A stretch of 37,585 bases of DNA from positions 1 to 37,585 of the IMG/VR virus record IMGVR_UViG_3300017560_000305. One strand, written 5' to 3'. The translations under genes and the position numbers were made by a program. The notes beneath the pieces are model-generated. The model ran no database searches and was not told where the DNA came from. It saw only the letters and a list, made by a program, of their open reading frames with translations. How positions within the stretch are numbered: position 1 is the stretch's first letter; each line of letters begins with the position of its first letter. Shown in pieces: positions 16,511 through 26,477 of this stretch. The stretch comes from a virus (taxonomy: Duplodnaviria; Caudoviricetes).

Positions 16511-17223
16511 AAGTAGGAGTGATACTCTTAACCTGTGGCCGCGCAGACCTCACGCAACGAGTAGTCGACCGGTGTTTGTTCAATTCCGGGCATAACGCCC
16601 CAGTGTATTGGGTGGATAATGGAAGCGGCTACGATGACTTTATGCGGATTGCAGCCCTGTACCCCTTCGATGGTTCGTACCGGTTTGAGGAGAATAAAGG
16701 CATTTCCGCCGCGATCAATGCGGGTATCAGGATGGCCAAGACTGAAGGATGCGATGCGGTCGTTACACTCGCAAACGACATTATGATGCCCGACGGTTGG
16801 CTGGCTGCAATGGTCAGCGCTGCCGGGGCCATCGAGAGGACCGGCATGGTCGGCATACACTGCGTGGAGACGCTGCCGCCGATTGAGGAACTCGACGGGG
16901 TTACCGTTCACCCGACTTTTGCCCCGTTCGGAAACACCTTAATCACAATGGAGGCTATCAGGGCAGTGGGCATGTTCAACGAGGATTTCGACCCGTACGG
17001 GATGCAGGACACTGATTTCGGATATCGTACAACGATGGCCGGGTTTAGGAATTACTACCTACCACACCTGCAGTCTGAGCACATCGGCCACGACGTAGGG
17101 CAGGATAGTGAATACCGGCGGATGAAGGACGAGGGGCTGTCTAAGGCCGGACAGATATGGGCAGACGCTCAATCCAGATATGATGAAACTGGCAACTACA
17201 CAATTTTTTACCCTGAATGGTGA
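16507..17223 (+). CDS. Glycosyltransferase family 2 (GT-A fold)
   Basis: WVDNGS, ENKGISAAINAG, LANDI, VGMFNEDF..YGMQDTDF. Confidence 0.85.
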   Translation: MKVGVILLTCGRADLTQRVVDRCLFNSGHNAPVYWVDNGSGYDDFMRIAALYPFDGSYRFEENKGISAAINAGIRMAKTEGCDAVVTLANDIMMPDGWLAAMVSAAGAIERTGMVGIHCVETLPPIEELDGVTVHPTFAPFGNTLITMEAIRAVGMFNEDFDPYGMQDTDFGYRTTMAGFRNYYLPHLQSEHIGHDVGQDSEYRRMKDEGLSKAGQIWADAQSRYDETGNYTIFYPEW

Positions 17224-17227
17224 TACA

Positions 17228-17713
17228 ATGATTGAGAAATTAAAGCGAGGCCGGCCAAAGGCGATCAAGAAGTCCGCGAAGTTGTGGGAGCTTTTTGAGC
17301 AATACGTTGAGCGTGTGAAGCAAAACCCAATTAAAGTTCAGGACTTTGTCGGCAAGGATGGCGATGAGGTTGAACGCAAACGAGAACGCCCCCTGACAAT
17401 GGAAGGGTTTGAAAACTTTCTTGAGGATCAGGGAATTATTAATGACCTCGGCGATTATATGCGAAACAAAGATGGGCGCTACTCAGATTTTGCCCCTATC
17501 TGCTCGCGTATAAAGCGATCAATCAGGCAGGACCAAATCGAGGGCGGCATGGCCGGCATTTATAATCCGTCAATCACTCAACGCCTCAACGGCTTAACCG
17601 AGAAGGTTGAAGAGTCCGGAAGCAAGGAGGTGAAAGTAACAGTCAAGTATGACCGAAAAGGTAATAACCCTTCTGCAGCCTCACCCGGGGCAGATGGAGG
17701 TGATACAGAATAG
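17228..17713 (+). CDS. Terminase small subunit (P22 gp3-like)
   Basis: GRPK, LWELFEQY, RPLTMEG, GIYNPSITQRLNGL; overlaps TerL; start taken as ATG 17228. Confidence 0.8.
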   Translation: MIEKLKRGRPKAIKKSAKLWELFEQYVERVKQNPIKVQDFVGKDGDEVERKRERPLTMEGFENFLEDQGIINDLGDYMRNKDGRYSDFAPICSRIKRSIRQDQIEGGMAGIYNPSITQRLNGLTEKVEESGSKEVKVTVKYDRKGNNPSAASPGADGGDTE

Positions 17714-18827
17714 TGCGCGATTTAACGTTGTTGCGTGTGGCCGCCGCTGGGGTAAGTCCGGTATGGCGGTCAACTTATGCTCGGAGCCCGCGCTTGAAGG
17801 GTTCCCGGTTGGGTACTTCACACCCACGTACAAGCTGCTGGATGGCACATATTCCGAACTGCTGTCTGTGTTGGAACCCGTGATATCGCGTAAGCATGAA
17901 CACCAGTTCATTGAATTGATTACGGGCGGGAAGATAGAGTTTTGGAGCCTAGAGAATGAGATGGCCGGAAGAAGCCGGAAGTATAAACGTGTCGTCGTCG
18001 ATGAGGGGGCATTCGTTAAACGCCTGTGGTCTTGCTGGACCGAATCGATCCGGCCAACCCTTACCGATCTTAAAGGGGACGCCTTCTTCCTTTCGTCTCC
18101 GAAGGGAAAGAACGATTTCCATAAACTGTTCATGCGGGGCCGATCAGGCCAGGCGAACTGGGCCAGCTTTCAAAAAACGACTTATGACAATCCGTACATT
18201 GATCCTGAAGAGGTAGACGACGCGAAGGCGGACCTGCCGGAAGATGCTTTTAAACAGGAGTACCTGGCTGAGTTTCTGGACAACATCGCCAACCCGTTCG
18301 GATCTGCGTTTATCGCACAATGTACATTCCCGTTATCCACCCTACCGCCCGTGTGTTATGGAATCGACCTCGCCAAGTATACGGACTGGACGGTTATAAT
18401 CGGGCTGGATCGACACGGGCAGGTATGCTACTTTGACAGGTTCCAAGCTGATTGGCGAACAACGGAACAGCGGATACTGAGTTTGCCCCCTGCACCTATT
18501 TGCGTAGACAGTACCGGTGTCGGTGATCCAATAGGCGAGGCAATTGCAGCCGTCCGTCCCACGGAGCTATTCAAGTTTACGGCTAATAGCAAGCAACAGT
18601 TAATGATGGGGCTACAGGCGGCCATCCAGAAGCGGGCATGTACTTTTCCCGAGGGACACATCACCGATGAACTGAGCAACTTCACATACGAATACACATC
18701 AACAGGAGTGAAGTATACGGCGCCGGGAGGGCTGCACGATGACTGCGTAATGGCGTTGGGTCTTGCCTGGCACAAGTGGCAAACAGAAGGGCAGTTTAGC
18801 GGTAACATTTCAATCGAAATATTTTAG
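17649..18827 (+). CDS. terL: Terminase large subunit
   Basis: PHPGQ, Walker A GRRWGKS, Walker B VVVDE, SSP, nuclease GIDLA..DWT and HDDCVMA. Confidence 0.93.
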   Translation: MTEKVITLLQPHPGQMEVIQNSARFNVVACGRRWGKSGMAVNLCSEPALEGFPVGYFTPTYKLLDGTYSELLSVLEPVISRKHEHQFIELITGGKIEFWSLENEMAGRSRKYKRVVVDEGAFVKRLWSCWTESIRPTLTDLKGDAFFLSSPKGKNDFHKLFMRGRSGQANWASFQKTTYDNPYIDPEEVDDAKADLPEDAFKQEYLAEFLDNIANPFGSAFIAQCTFPLSTLPPVCYGIDLAKYTDWTVIIGLDRHGQVCYFDRFQADWRTTEQRILSLPPAPICVDSTGVGDPIGEAIAAVRPTELFKFTANSKQQLMMGLQAAIQKRACTFPEGHITDELSNFTYEYTSTGVKYTAPGGLHDDCVMALGLAWHKWQTEGQFSGNISIEIF

Positions 18828-18828
18828 T

Positions 18829-19470
18829 ATGATAAAAGCAATTAGCTGGGCAGACGTAACGGTACACCAGTATCAGCAGGTATACCAGATACTCATAAGT
18901 AATCCGCAGGACGATATCGAAGCTGTACAGCGGATCGTGCAAATCATGTACGGGCTTACATCCGACCAGGCGGACAACCTTTCAATTGAAGAGTTCAACC
19001 GGTTAGCCAAGTCTGTTCGGTTCCTCTTTGAGCAGGGGATAATCCCGGGGCAGCCGAAAAAGGTTTTGCGGATCGGCGGGAACCGGTACAAGGTCTGTTA
19101 TGATCTACAGAAGATGCGTCACCGTCAGTACGTTGAGGTGGTGAGCTGGACGCAAACGGAGCAGGACATGATCTTAAACATGCATCGATGCATGGCGTCA
19201 ATCGTCGACCCGATCAACTGGTATGGCAGGCGCCGCAAGAATATGGCCGACGAGCATACCCGGATAGCGGACGACATGCTTAATGCTCCCGTTCTGGATA
19301 TCTACCACTCCTGTGTTTTTTTTTGCACGCAATTCAGGTACTTAATAGACAGTATCCAACCCTATTTGGTCGAGGAGATGATGAGCAAGGGGATGAGCAG
19401 GACCATGGCGGAGGCAGCGGTGGAACTTTCCAAAGGTATCACGGATGGACTTACTCTACTACGGCGATAG
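18829..19470 (+). CDS. Putative tail assembly chaperone, unshifted product
   Basis: ATG 18829 just after the TerL stop; contains a T9 slippery run at 19316-19324. Confidence 0.65.
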   Translation: MIKAISWADVTVHQYQQVYQILISNPQDDIEAVQRIVQIMYGLTSDQADNLSIEEFNRLAKSVRFLFEQGIIPGQPKKVLRIGGNRYKVCYDLQKMRHRQYVEVVSWTQTEQDMILNMHRCMASIVDPINWYGRRRKNMADEHTRIADDMLNAPVLDIYHSCVFFCTQFRYLIDSIQPYLVEEMMSKGMSRTMAEAAVELSKGITDGLTLLRR

Positions 19471-19601
19471 CGGAACTGGAACGAATTACCCTTGATCAGG
19501 CGTACGAGCTGCCCATTATCCAAGCGCTTAATGATTTGGTCTACCTGAAGGCAAAGACGGATCACGACCGCGAGTTACTTCAAAGAAGAACTCATTTTTA
19601 A
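19323..19601 (+). CDS. -1 frameshift extension of the preceding gene (G/GT-type)
   Basis: Open -1 frame starting in the T9 run, with no ATG start; fills the gap to the next promoter. Confidence 0.65.
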   Translation: MHAIQVLNRQYPTLFGRGDDEQGDEQDHGGGSGGTFQRYHGWTYSTTAIAELERITLDQAYELPIIQALNDLVYLKAKTDHDRELLQRRTHF

Positions 19602-19602
19602 T

Positions 19603-19629
19603 TGGACAGATTCCGCTTTTTTACCACTA
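19603..19629 (+). promoter_or_regulatory. Putative phage late promoter 1
   Basis: TGGACA-N15-CCACTA, 7 nt before ATG 19637. Confidence 0.65.
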
Positions 19630-19636
19630 CTGATAT

Positions 19637-20260
19637 ATGAAGTCATTTAGTAAAGCACAAGCTGAAGCCATTGCTGACGGTTTCCTAGACAGTATTGGCA
19701 CGAATAAAGGAGATGCCAATGTAGTCGGGAAGGGAGTGGTGTCTGCCCTCGTTCGGCTTGCAATGACGATTGCCGCCCAAGCTACCAGTAACCTTGAAGA
19801 GTCTGGTAAAATATCGTCCGGAGAGTTGGCAGAGTCCATCACGGTTGAAGAACCGAAAGCCGAAGGCAGCCAAATTTCGATTGAAATATTGGCGTTGTTT
19901 TATTACAAGTTTATCGACCGTGGTGTAAGAGGCGTGGAGAGTGGCACAGGTGACTTTCAGTTTCGGACAGCGCTCCCCAGTAAGCGAATGGTTGATGCCT
20001 TTGACCGTTGGATTAAACGGGAAGGCATCAGCGTGGAAAACGTCAAACAGGCGCTGTTTAAAAAGGAAAGGAAAGGAATGCAGGTAAAAAGTTCTGCCGC
20101 TTACAGCTTTGCAAGAAGTGTTAAAGCTAAAGGTATTCGTCCTACCGGCTTTATGTCCAAGGCGATCCGTACAGCGGAAACGATCATGAAGAAAGAACTC
20201 GGGGCTGGTCTTAAGGTCGATGTGCTAAATACCCTTCCAAAAAAAATAGGTCCATCTTAA
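19637..20260 (+). CDS. Putative tail completion/morphogenesis protein (HK97 gp10-like)
   Basis: SSGELAESI, Y..FIDRG and GIRPTGFM resemble gp10-like neck proteins. Confidence 0.55.
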   Translation: MKSFSKAQAEAIADGFLDSIGTNKGDANVVGKGVVSALVRLAMTIAAQATSNLEESGKISSGELAESITVEEPKAEGSQISIEILALFYYKFIDRGVRGVESGTGDFQFRTALPSKRMVDAFDRWIKREGISVENVKQALFKKERKGMQVKSSAAYSFARSVKAKGIRPTGFMSKAIRTAETIMKKELGAGLKVDVLNTLPKKIGPS

Positions 20261-20269
20261 AAAAAGTAT

Positions 20270-20296
20270 TGGACAAAAACGGGGTTTCTGCCACTA
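20270..20296 (+). promoter_or_regulatory. Putative phage late promoter 2
   Basis: TGGACA-N15-CCACTA, 8 nt before ATG 20305. Confidence 0.65.
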
Positions 20297-20304
20297 CGTA
20301 GTAT

Positions 20305-21462
20305 ATGTACTCCGTTTTAACAGAACCCGGCCTATACTCATCTGCTCACGGCGATTTGATTTATGTAGTATCAGAGCCGACAAAGACAGCCGATCCAGAT
20401 ACTTACCAGGACTACCGGTTTATCCTCGATCTGACAGTGGGGGCTAATCCCGCTGTTCGTCTGAAGGCATTACCCCGGCCGGACAATAAGCTCGGTGTTT
20501 TTAACATCGGTAACGTCGTCCGTAATTATTTCAACACCGCGTTGAACCCGGGATCCGGCATCCTATGCCAGCAGATGGGGGTCGGGGATTTCTTACTTGA
20601 ACTAGGAATCAGCCTGGGCGAGGAGTACAATTTTATTACCTACCCCAATATTACCAGCAGTGATCTGTCTGTTTACAACCACTATGACGGACGGACTTTT
20701 GGTAGCGGATCGACCCTTTCTGCCAAATTGGGCAAGGTCGCCAGCAACAGAATGGGGGCGCTCAAAGTCCACCCAGCCAGCACATTTTCTTTCCTGCCTT
20801 TTTTCCCAAGTACTGCCGATGTTGATTTTACGGCCCGTTCTTATACAGAGGCCGGCGCAAATGTCGCTACCTACTCCACTACGTTTTCTCCAACCGGGCA
20901 GATGCTCATCTTCAATGTATCCCCTTCAAGGTTAAACACCGCCAGCGCAGGGTTTATTACGCCTGCTGTAGCGTATTACACCGTAGAAGTAGAAGGTGAT
21001 TTGTATCGGTTTGATCTGATATGCGAACCTAAGTATGACCGGTATAGCGTGCACTTCCTGAATCAATACGGCGGGTTTGAGAGTAAAGATTTCACCAAAG
21101 TTTCCCGACGCCGTATCGAGATCACCAAAACAGACTATGGACGCCTGCCGTACGACATAGATGCATCAGGTGTTGTTCGTTACTTCAATGCGGGCAATGT
21201 CTACAACGACACCGCAGCAGTATACGCCAGCCAGTACATGGACAAGCTTACCCTGAATAGTGATTTCATATCTGATCAGGAATATGAATGGTTGGGGGAA
21301 CTGATGCGCTCCCCGATGGTGTATGTACAGATGGGAGCGTATTTCATCCCTGCTCGAATCAACGGCAACAATTACGAATACCGTAAGCATATTAACGACA
21401 AGTTCACCAACATCACGCTGGACATAGAGTTCGGCGAAACCTTCAACGCTCAATTCAGATGA
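20305..21462 (+). CDS. Putative tail/baseplate structural protein
   Basis: Beta-rich 385 aa; FLNQYGGFE and L..SP.VY motifs; structural context. Confidence 0.55.
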   Translation: MYSVLTEPGLYSSAHGDLIYVVSEPTKTADPDTYQDYRFILDLTVGANPAVRLKALPRPDNKLGVFNIGNVVRNYFNTALNPGSGILCQQMGVGDFLLELGISLGEEYNFITYPNITSSDLSVYNHYDGRTFGSGSTLSAKLGKVASNRMGALKVHPASTFSFLPFFPSTADVDFTARSYTEAGANVATYSTTFSPTGQMLIFNVSPSRLNTASAGFITPAVAYYTVEVEGDLYRFDLICEPKYDRYSVHFLNQYGGFESKDFTKVSRRRIEITKTDYGRLPYDIDASGVVRYFNAGNVYNDTAAVYASQYMDKLTLNSDFISDQEYEWLGELMRSPMVYVQMGAYFIPARINGNNYEYRKHINDKFTNITLDIEFGETFNAQFR

Positions 21463-23552
21463 GGACCGAAATGTACATGGAGAATGAGCGGGTAGACCTA
21501 ACCGCCGACTTGTCAGCGTTGTTGACGTTTTCTCTCGACGACGTTAAAGAGTTTGCCGCCAGGTCTACCACCTTCAGCAAAACGATTGTGTTACCCGGCA
21601 CGGCCAGAAACAACCGCTTATTCGGGAATATCTTTCAGACAGGACAGGCCAATTGGTACAATGCGGGTCAGCCAAATATCGGGTACAACTTTAATGCTGC
21701 GAAGTCTGCCAACTGCATCATCTTTCAGGATCATTTGCAAACATTCAAAGGTGTACTCCGCCTGTTGAAGATCGTTTGTGAGAAAGGGCGTATCGAATAC
21801 GAGGTCGCCGTATTCGGTGAAATAGCGCTGCTAAATTCAACTCTTGCGGGCGCGCTGCTGGAAGACCTTGATTTCTCCGAGCATGACCATGACTATACGA
21901 TTGATAATATCGCTGACTCGTGGGATAACCCTGGCGGATCAGGCGTGTATTACCCACTGATTGATTACGGTACCTATTCAACCGATAAACAAAACTGGAA
22001 CTATCGCACATTCCGGCCAGCTCTTTACCTGCGTGAGTACCTGGATAAGATATTCACGGCGGCCGGTTTCCGGTACGATGCCCCGCTGTTTGATACACCA
22101 CGATTCAAGTCGATCATTATACCGCACAATAAAAAGGATTTGACGCGTAAGGATGGCCCGTTTCTGCGTGCCACTATGAACACTCCCGCTGATATCCTGT
22201 ATTCAGCGATAGGTAAGACAACGCCACAGGATGCTGTATTGGAAACTTTCAGCGCCTCAAACTTTACCATTGATGGCACCAACAAGTTTATCACCTACAC
22301 GGGTATCACGCCCGTAACAGTACGCGGCAGGGTACGCGTGACCGGTGATATATTCAACGGCACAACAGACGAGGTGCGTATGGACCTCGGCCCACTCAGC
22401 GCCGGTTCTGGCGATACTGGATCGGTGGTACTCCCGCCGCCTAATCCCGCACTGCAGGCTACACCATTCACCTTCGACGAGACGCGGGAAGTGACACTGT
22501 TCCCGGGTGGTATATATTCCTTCCGGCACTACATACAGGATCCAACCGGCACACCTTACCGCACACGCATATTCAGCATTGACATATCACTTGATGCAGT
22601 TACCCCTATCTACGAAATCGTAGACCTGGGCGAGCCGGTAAAGATGAACGAGCAAATCCCGCAGAACGTGAAGCAGGTGGACTTTCTGCTTGCTGTTATA
22701 CGCCTTTGGAACCTGTATGTATATGAAGACTTCAATGATACCCGACTGATCAGAATAAACCCGTTTGTTGACTTCTACGGCACTGATAGCATCAACTCGG
22801 TAGACTGGTCTTTCAAACTGAACCGGGATAAAGTGTTTACACTCGAACCGCTTTCTGAACTCAATGCTAAAAAATATGGGTTCAAGTATAAGGCAGATAA
22901 CGATTTCTATAATGAGGAGTACCGCAAGCGCTGGGGAGAGGGTTACGGCGATTATACTTTCGACTCGCAGTTCGAGTTTTCCGAGCAGGTAAAATCCTTC
23001 GAGGTCGTTTTTTCCGCCACTCCGTTAGTTGGGTATGTCGGTGAGGATAAGGTGTATTCAACTATCATGAAGCGAACGGGTGAAGGCGGTAGCCTGATCG
23101 AAGAGCGAATAGATAGCAACATCCGGCTGTTGCAGACTAAGAAAATTACCGGAGTAAATAACTGGGACATCATGTCAGACACCGGCGACTCGCTTGGTTT
23201 GTTTGACTTATACCCATATGCGGGGCATTTAAATGATCCCGACGTACCAACGGACTGCCTGAATTTTGGTGCGCTTCGATCAGTATTCTTTGTTATCGCT
23301 GCCATTCCTGCATATGCTACTCAATTCAAAGCTTACTGGTCACCCTACATGGCCGAGATCACCGACAAAGATGGAAAGCTGTTAACGGGTAATTTTTATC
23401 TAACCGCAAAAGATATCGCCGAGCTTGATTTCTCACGGCTAATCTACGTGGACGGATCCCTGTTTCGCTTGAACAAAATAGCCGATTACAATGCCAGTAA
23501 GCCAAGTGATTGCAAATGTGAATTATTAAAAGTTAACTACTTACTCTACTAG
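21459..23552 (+). CDS. Putative tail tip/baseplate hub protein
   Basis: 697 aa; FSKTIVLPGT..NN and YYPLIDYG; adjacent to the tape-measure-like gene. Confidence 0.6.
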   Translation: MRTEMYMENERVDLTADLSALLTFSLDDVKEFAARSTTFSKTIVLPGTARNNRLFGNIFQTGQANWYNAGQPNIGYNFNAAKSANCIIFQDHLQTFKGVLRLLKIVCEKGRIEYEVAVFGEIALLNSTLAGALLEDLDFSEHDHDYTIDNIADSWDNPGGSGVYYPLIDYGTYSTDKQNWNYRTFRPALYLREYLDKIFTAAGFRYDAPLFDTPRFKSIIIPHNKKDLTRKDGPFLRATMNTPADILYSAIGKTTPQDAVLETFSASNFTIDGTNKFITYTGITPVTVRGRVRVTGDIFNGTTDEVRMDLGPLSAGSGDTGSVVLPPPNPALQATPFTFDETREVTLFPGGIYSFRHYIQDPTGTPYRTRIFSIDISLDAVTPIYEIVDLGEPVKMNEQIPQNVKQVDFLLAVIRLWNLYVYEDFNDTRLIRINPFVDFYGTDSINSVDWSFKLNRDKVFTLEPLSELNAKKYGFKYKADNDFYNEEYRKRWGEGYGDYTFDSQFEFSEQVKSFEVVFSATPLVGYVGEDKVYSTIMKRTGEGGSLIEERIDSNIRLLQTKKITGVNNWDIMSDTGDSLGLFDLYPYAGHLNDPDVPTDCLNFGALRSVFFVIAAIPAYATQFKAYWSPYMAEITDKDGKLLTGNFYLTAKDIAELDFSRLIYVDGSLFRLNKIADYNASKPSDCKCELLKVNYLLY

Positions 23553-23554
23553 TT

Positions 23555-25765
23555 ATGGCCGATCAAGATATCGTCGCGAAACTTATACTGGACTCCAAGG
23601 AAGCTGGCAATAGCGTAAAATCGTTTAAGGCGGAGCTAAAAGAAGCCACCCAAGCGCTCGTATATGTAAAGGAAAAGTTTGGTGAAAATAGCCAAGAAGC
23701 GCTTAAGCTTGCTAAACACATCGCCGAACTAAAAGACAAGATACAGGATGCCAAAGAAACGGCAGACCTGTTCGACCCTGGCGCACGGTTCCAGGCTTTC
23801 GGGAACGTACTCAGGACAGTAGCCGGTGGATTCTCTGCAATCACCGGAACCATGGCTTTGTTTGGCGCCGAGAGCGAGGGTGTTCAAAAGACCATGATGA
23901 AGCTGCAGGCAGCCATGGCGATTACTGAGGGGGTGAATACTATTGCCGACTCAGCGAAAGATTTCCAGCGACTAGCAGCGATCATTCAGCAAACAACGGT
24001 ATACCAGAAAGCGCTGGGAATGTCAACGGCGTTAACGTCGAATATCTTCAAAGCGTTCGGTATACAGGTAGCAGCGACCAGTACAGCTTTTAAAGCATTG
24101 CGTGGTGCAATCATCGCAACAGGTATTGGCGCTTTGGTAATTGGAGTAACGCTATTGATATCTAAAATCAGCTCTTGGATATCCAGCACTAACGAATCGG
24201 AGGCGGCTCAGCTACGATTAAACGCTGCGCTGGAAGCACAGCAGTATCTACTTAATTCAGGGCTTAAGGCTATTGATAGGTATACAAAGATGCAGACTGT
24301 CATGGCTGAAATTACTGGCAAGTCTGAAGCGGAAATATCTAAGATAGAGGCTTCCAGTTGGGATGATAGAGTTAAACTTTATGAGGATAACTATAAACGA
24401 CTTGATTCTATAGCTAAAGACGACGCGGGTAGGTCTTTTGAGGATCAAAAAAAAGCGAACGATGCAAGACTCGAAGCACACAGGCAGTACTTAGATGCGC
24501 TTGCCGATCGAGAGTATGAGTCGAAAAAGAAGGATGCGGAAGCTGCTAAAAAGAAACGTCAGGAAGATGAAGCCGCGGCCAAATCTGCCGCAGATAAAGC
24601 GAAAGCTGCAAGGGAACAAGCGGCGAAGGAAAGAGAGGCAGATGTAAAGTCTGCCGGCGAAATGCTGCGTGACCTGGAAAATCAAAATGCCCTGGCAAGG
24701 ATTAAGGACGCAGAGGCCGCGGAGCTTAAAAAGATCGACCAGGATAAACGTATTGAAGAACAGAAGATCGAAGCACTTAAGATTTCGGAGGAGAAAAAAC
24801 GTGCATTATTGCTTGCCCTGGAAGAAAGCACCAATAATCAAAAGAATGAAATAATTGACAAATACGAAAAGGAAAGAATAGATAAGGACCAGCAGTATCA
24901 ACAAAGGCTCCAAGAGCTAAAGGATCAAAACTATATCGCGGGCATCGCCAAAGAAGAAGAGCGACGGAAGGCAGAAATTGAACTATCCTACCAGCGCGCG
25001 GTAGAAGACGCAGCCCGGGAAATTGAAAACGAGGAGCAGCGCCGGATGATAGTTGAACAATACAAGATCGACCGGGACGCGAAACTTAAGGTGATAGAAG
25101 ATGAAAAAAAAGCAGCACAGGCGGAGTTGGCAGAAGAGTTGGCATTAAATGAAATGGACGAATATGACAGGCAAATCTCTGTTACAGAAAGCCAGTACGC
25201 AAAAAAGTTTGAGCTGGCAAAAGGGAATGCGGAACTCACTGTACAACTTGAAGAAGAAAAGGCAAAGGCGATCAAAAAGATTGAGGATGCGCGCTTATCT
25301 GCCCAACTTGATGCGACATCTAAGTTCTTGGGTTCAGCGGCTTCGTTGTTTGGTAAACACACCGCTGCATATAAGGTAATGGCAATCGCTCAGACAACCA
25401 TTGATACGTTTAAAGGTGCACAGGCTGCCTTTACTTCCATGTCGTCTATTCCGGTCGTAGGGCCGGCATTAGGGGCACTGGCTGCTGCTGCTGCTGTGGT
25501 ATCAGGGTATAAAAACATACGCCAAATACTGAACACTAAAGTACCCGGCGGAGGAGGTGGTGCAACGGCGCCATCAATTTCAGTGGACCCGGTAGCCGCA
25601 CCGTTGGCGCCGCAAGCCGCTGTAACCAGTACCTCATTGGATCAGAATAGCATAAACGAGATTGGAAACGCGGCTTCCGGGCGCGCCTATGTTCTGGAAT
25701 CTGATGTAACCGGGAACCAGGAACGTATTGCCCGCCTTAACCGCGCAGCAAGAATCGGCGGGTAA
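23555..25765 (+). CDS. Tape measure-like protein
   Basis: 736 aa Ala/Glu/Lys-rich coiled coil with two hydrophobic segments (AIIATGIGALVIGV; IPVVGPALGALAAAAAV). Confidence 0.75.
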   Translation: MADQDIVAKLILDSKEAGNSVKSFKAELKEATQALVYVKEKFGENSQEALKLAKHIAELKDKIQDAKETADLFDPGARFQAFGNVLRTVAGGFSAITGTMALFGAESEGVQKTMMKLQAAMAITEGVNTIADSAKDFQRLAAIIQQTTVYQKALGMSTALTSNIFKAFGIQVAATSTAFKALRGAIIATGIGALVIGVTLLISKISSWISSTNESEAAQLRLNAALEAQQYLLNSGLKAIDRYTKMQTVMAEITGKSEAEISKIEASSWDDRVKLYEDNYKRLDSIAKDDAGRSFEDQKKANDARLEAHRQYLDALADREYESKKKDAEAAKKKRQEDEAAAKSAADKAKAAREQAAKEREADVKSAGEMLRDLENQNALARIKDAEAAELKKIDQDKRIEEQKIEALKISEEKKRALLLALEESTNNQKNEIIDKYEKERIDKDQQYQQRLQELKDQNYIAGIAKEEERRKAEIELSYQRAVEDAAREIENEEQRRMIVEQYKIDRDAKLKVIEDEKKAAQAELAEELALNEMDEYDRQISVTESQYAKKFELAKGNAELTVQLEEEKAKAIKKIEDARLSAQLDATSKFLGSAASLFGKHTAAYKVMAIAQTTIDTFKGAQAAFTSMSSIPVVGPALGALAAAAAVVSGYKNIRQILNTKVPGGGGGATAPSISVDPVAAPLAPQAAVTSTSLDQNSINEIGNAASGRAYVLESDVTGNQERIARLNRAARIGG

Positions 25766-25767
25766 AC

Positions 25768-25794
25768 TGTACAGTTTGGGGTTTTTATCCACTT
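25768..25794 (+). promoter_or_regulatory. Putative phage late promoter 3
   Basis: TGTACA-N15-CCACTT, 6 nt before ATG 25801. Confidence 0.6.
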
Positions 25795-25800
25795 ATAGGC

Positions 25801-26436
25801 ATGGAGCTTCCTATTTACAAAGCACTCATAAGTGATGATTTTGATTCGCCGCTTCAAATAGAAGCGGTAGCATTTGTTGATAAACCGGCTATCGAGCGGA
25901 ATTTTATGGCATTCAGAGAACACCGGCGCCTAACCTTCAGCGACGAGAAGCGAATCGTCAGCGGCCCGGCTATGCTATCCGACTACCCAATTTATCGAAA
26001 TATCGAAGGTATCGGAGAGTTTTTTCTTGTCTTCGATAAGCACACCATCCTTTCGATGGTGCAGAAGTTCTTCCGAAAAGGCTTTGCTCAAAGCTTCAAT
26101 CTTTTTCATGATCAAAAACAGAAGGTTGCTGACGTAACAATTTACGAATCGTTTATCACCGACAGCGATCGAGGCATTGCGCCCCCTAAAGGATTCGAAG
26201 ATGCGGCTGATGGATCCTGGTTCATATCTGCCAAGATCGATAATGATGAGGTGTGGCAGCGCATTAAATCTGGAGAGGTAAAGGGATTCTCCATCGAAGG
26301 GCTGTTTGATCAGACCCCGATCGGGATGGCTGTTACACGGGATCAGCAGTTGGCGGCAATTGAAAAAATCGTTGAATCGATGGACCCGGATATAGCGCTG
26401 GCAAAAATATGTGAAGTTTTAAACTGTACAATTTAG
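25801..26436 (+). CDS. Prohead serine protease (XkdF-like)
   Basis: VDKPAIE, NLFH, GSWF, VWQRIKSGEVKGFSIEG. Confidence 0.82.
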   Translation: MELPIYKALISDDFDSPLQIEAVAFVDKPAIERNFMAFREHRRLTFSDEKRIVSGPAMLSDYPIYRNIEGIGEFFLVFDKHTILSMVQKFFRKGFAQSFNLFHDQKQKVADVTIYESFITDSDRGIAPPKGFEDAADGSWFISAKIDNDEVWQRIKSGEVKGFSIEGLFDQTPIGMAVTRDQQLAAIEKIVESMDPDIALAKICEVLNCTI

Positions 26437-26451
26437 CATGTTTTGCTACTA
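26425..26451 (+). promoter_or_regulatory. Putative phage late promoter 4
   Basis: TGTACA-N15-CTACTA upstream of the scaffold/capsid genes. Confidence 0.6.
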
Positions 26452-26477
26452 ACCAGTAGAGAACTTATCAACGCATT

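Noticed and set aside
24150-24500. Apparently AT-richer segment inside the tape-measure gene as a recent swap
   Set aside because: Impression only; cannot be quantified without computation and no boundary repeats seen.
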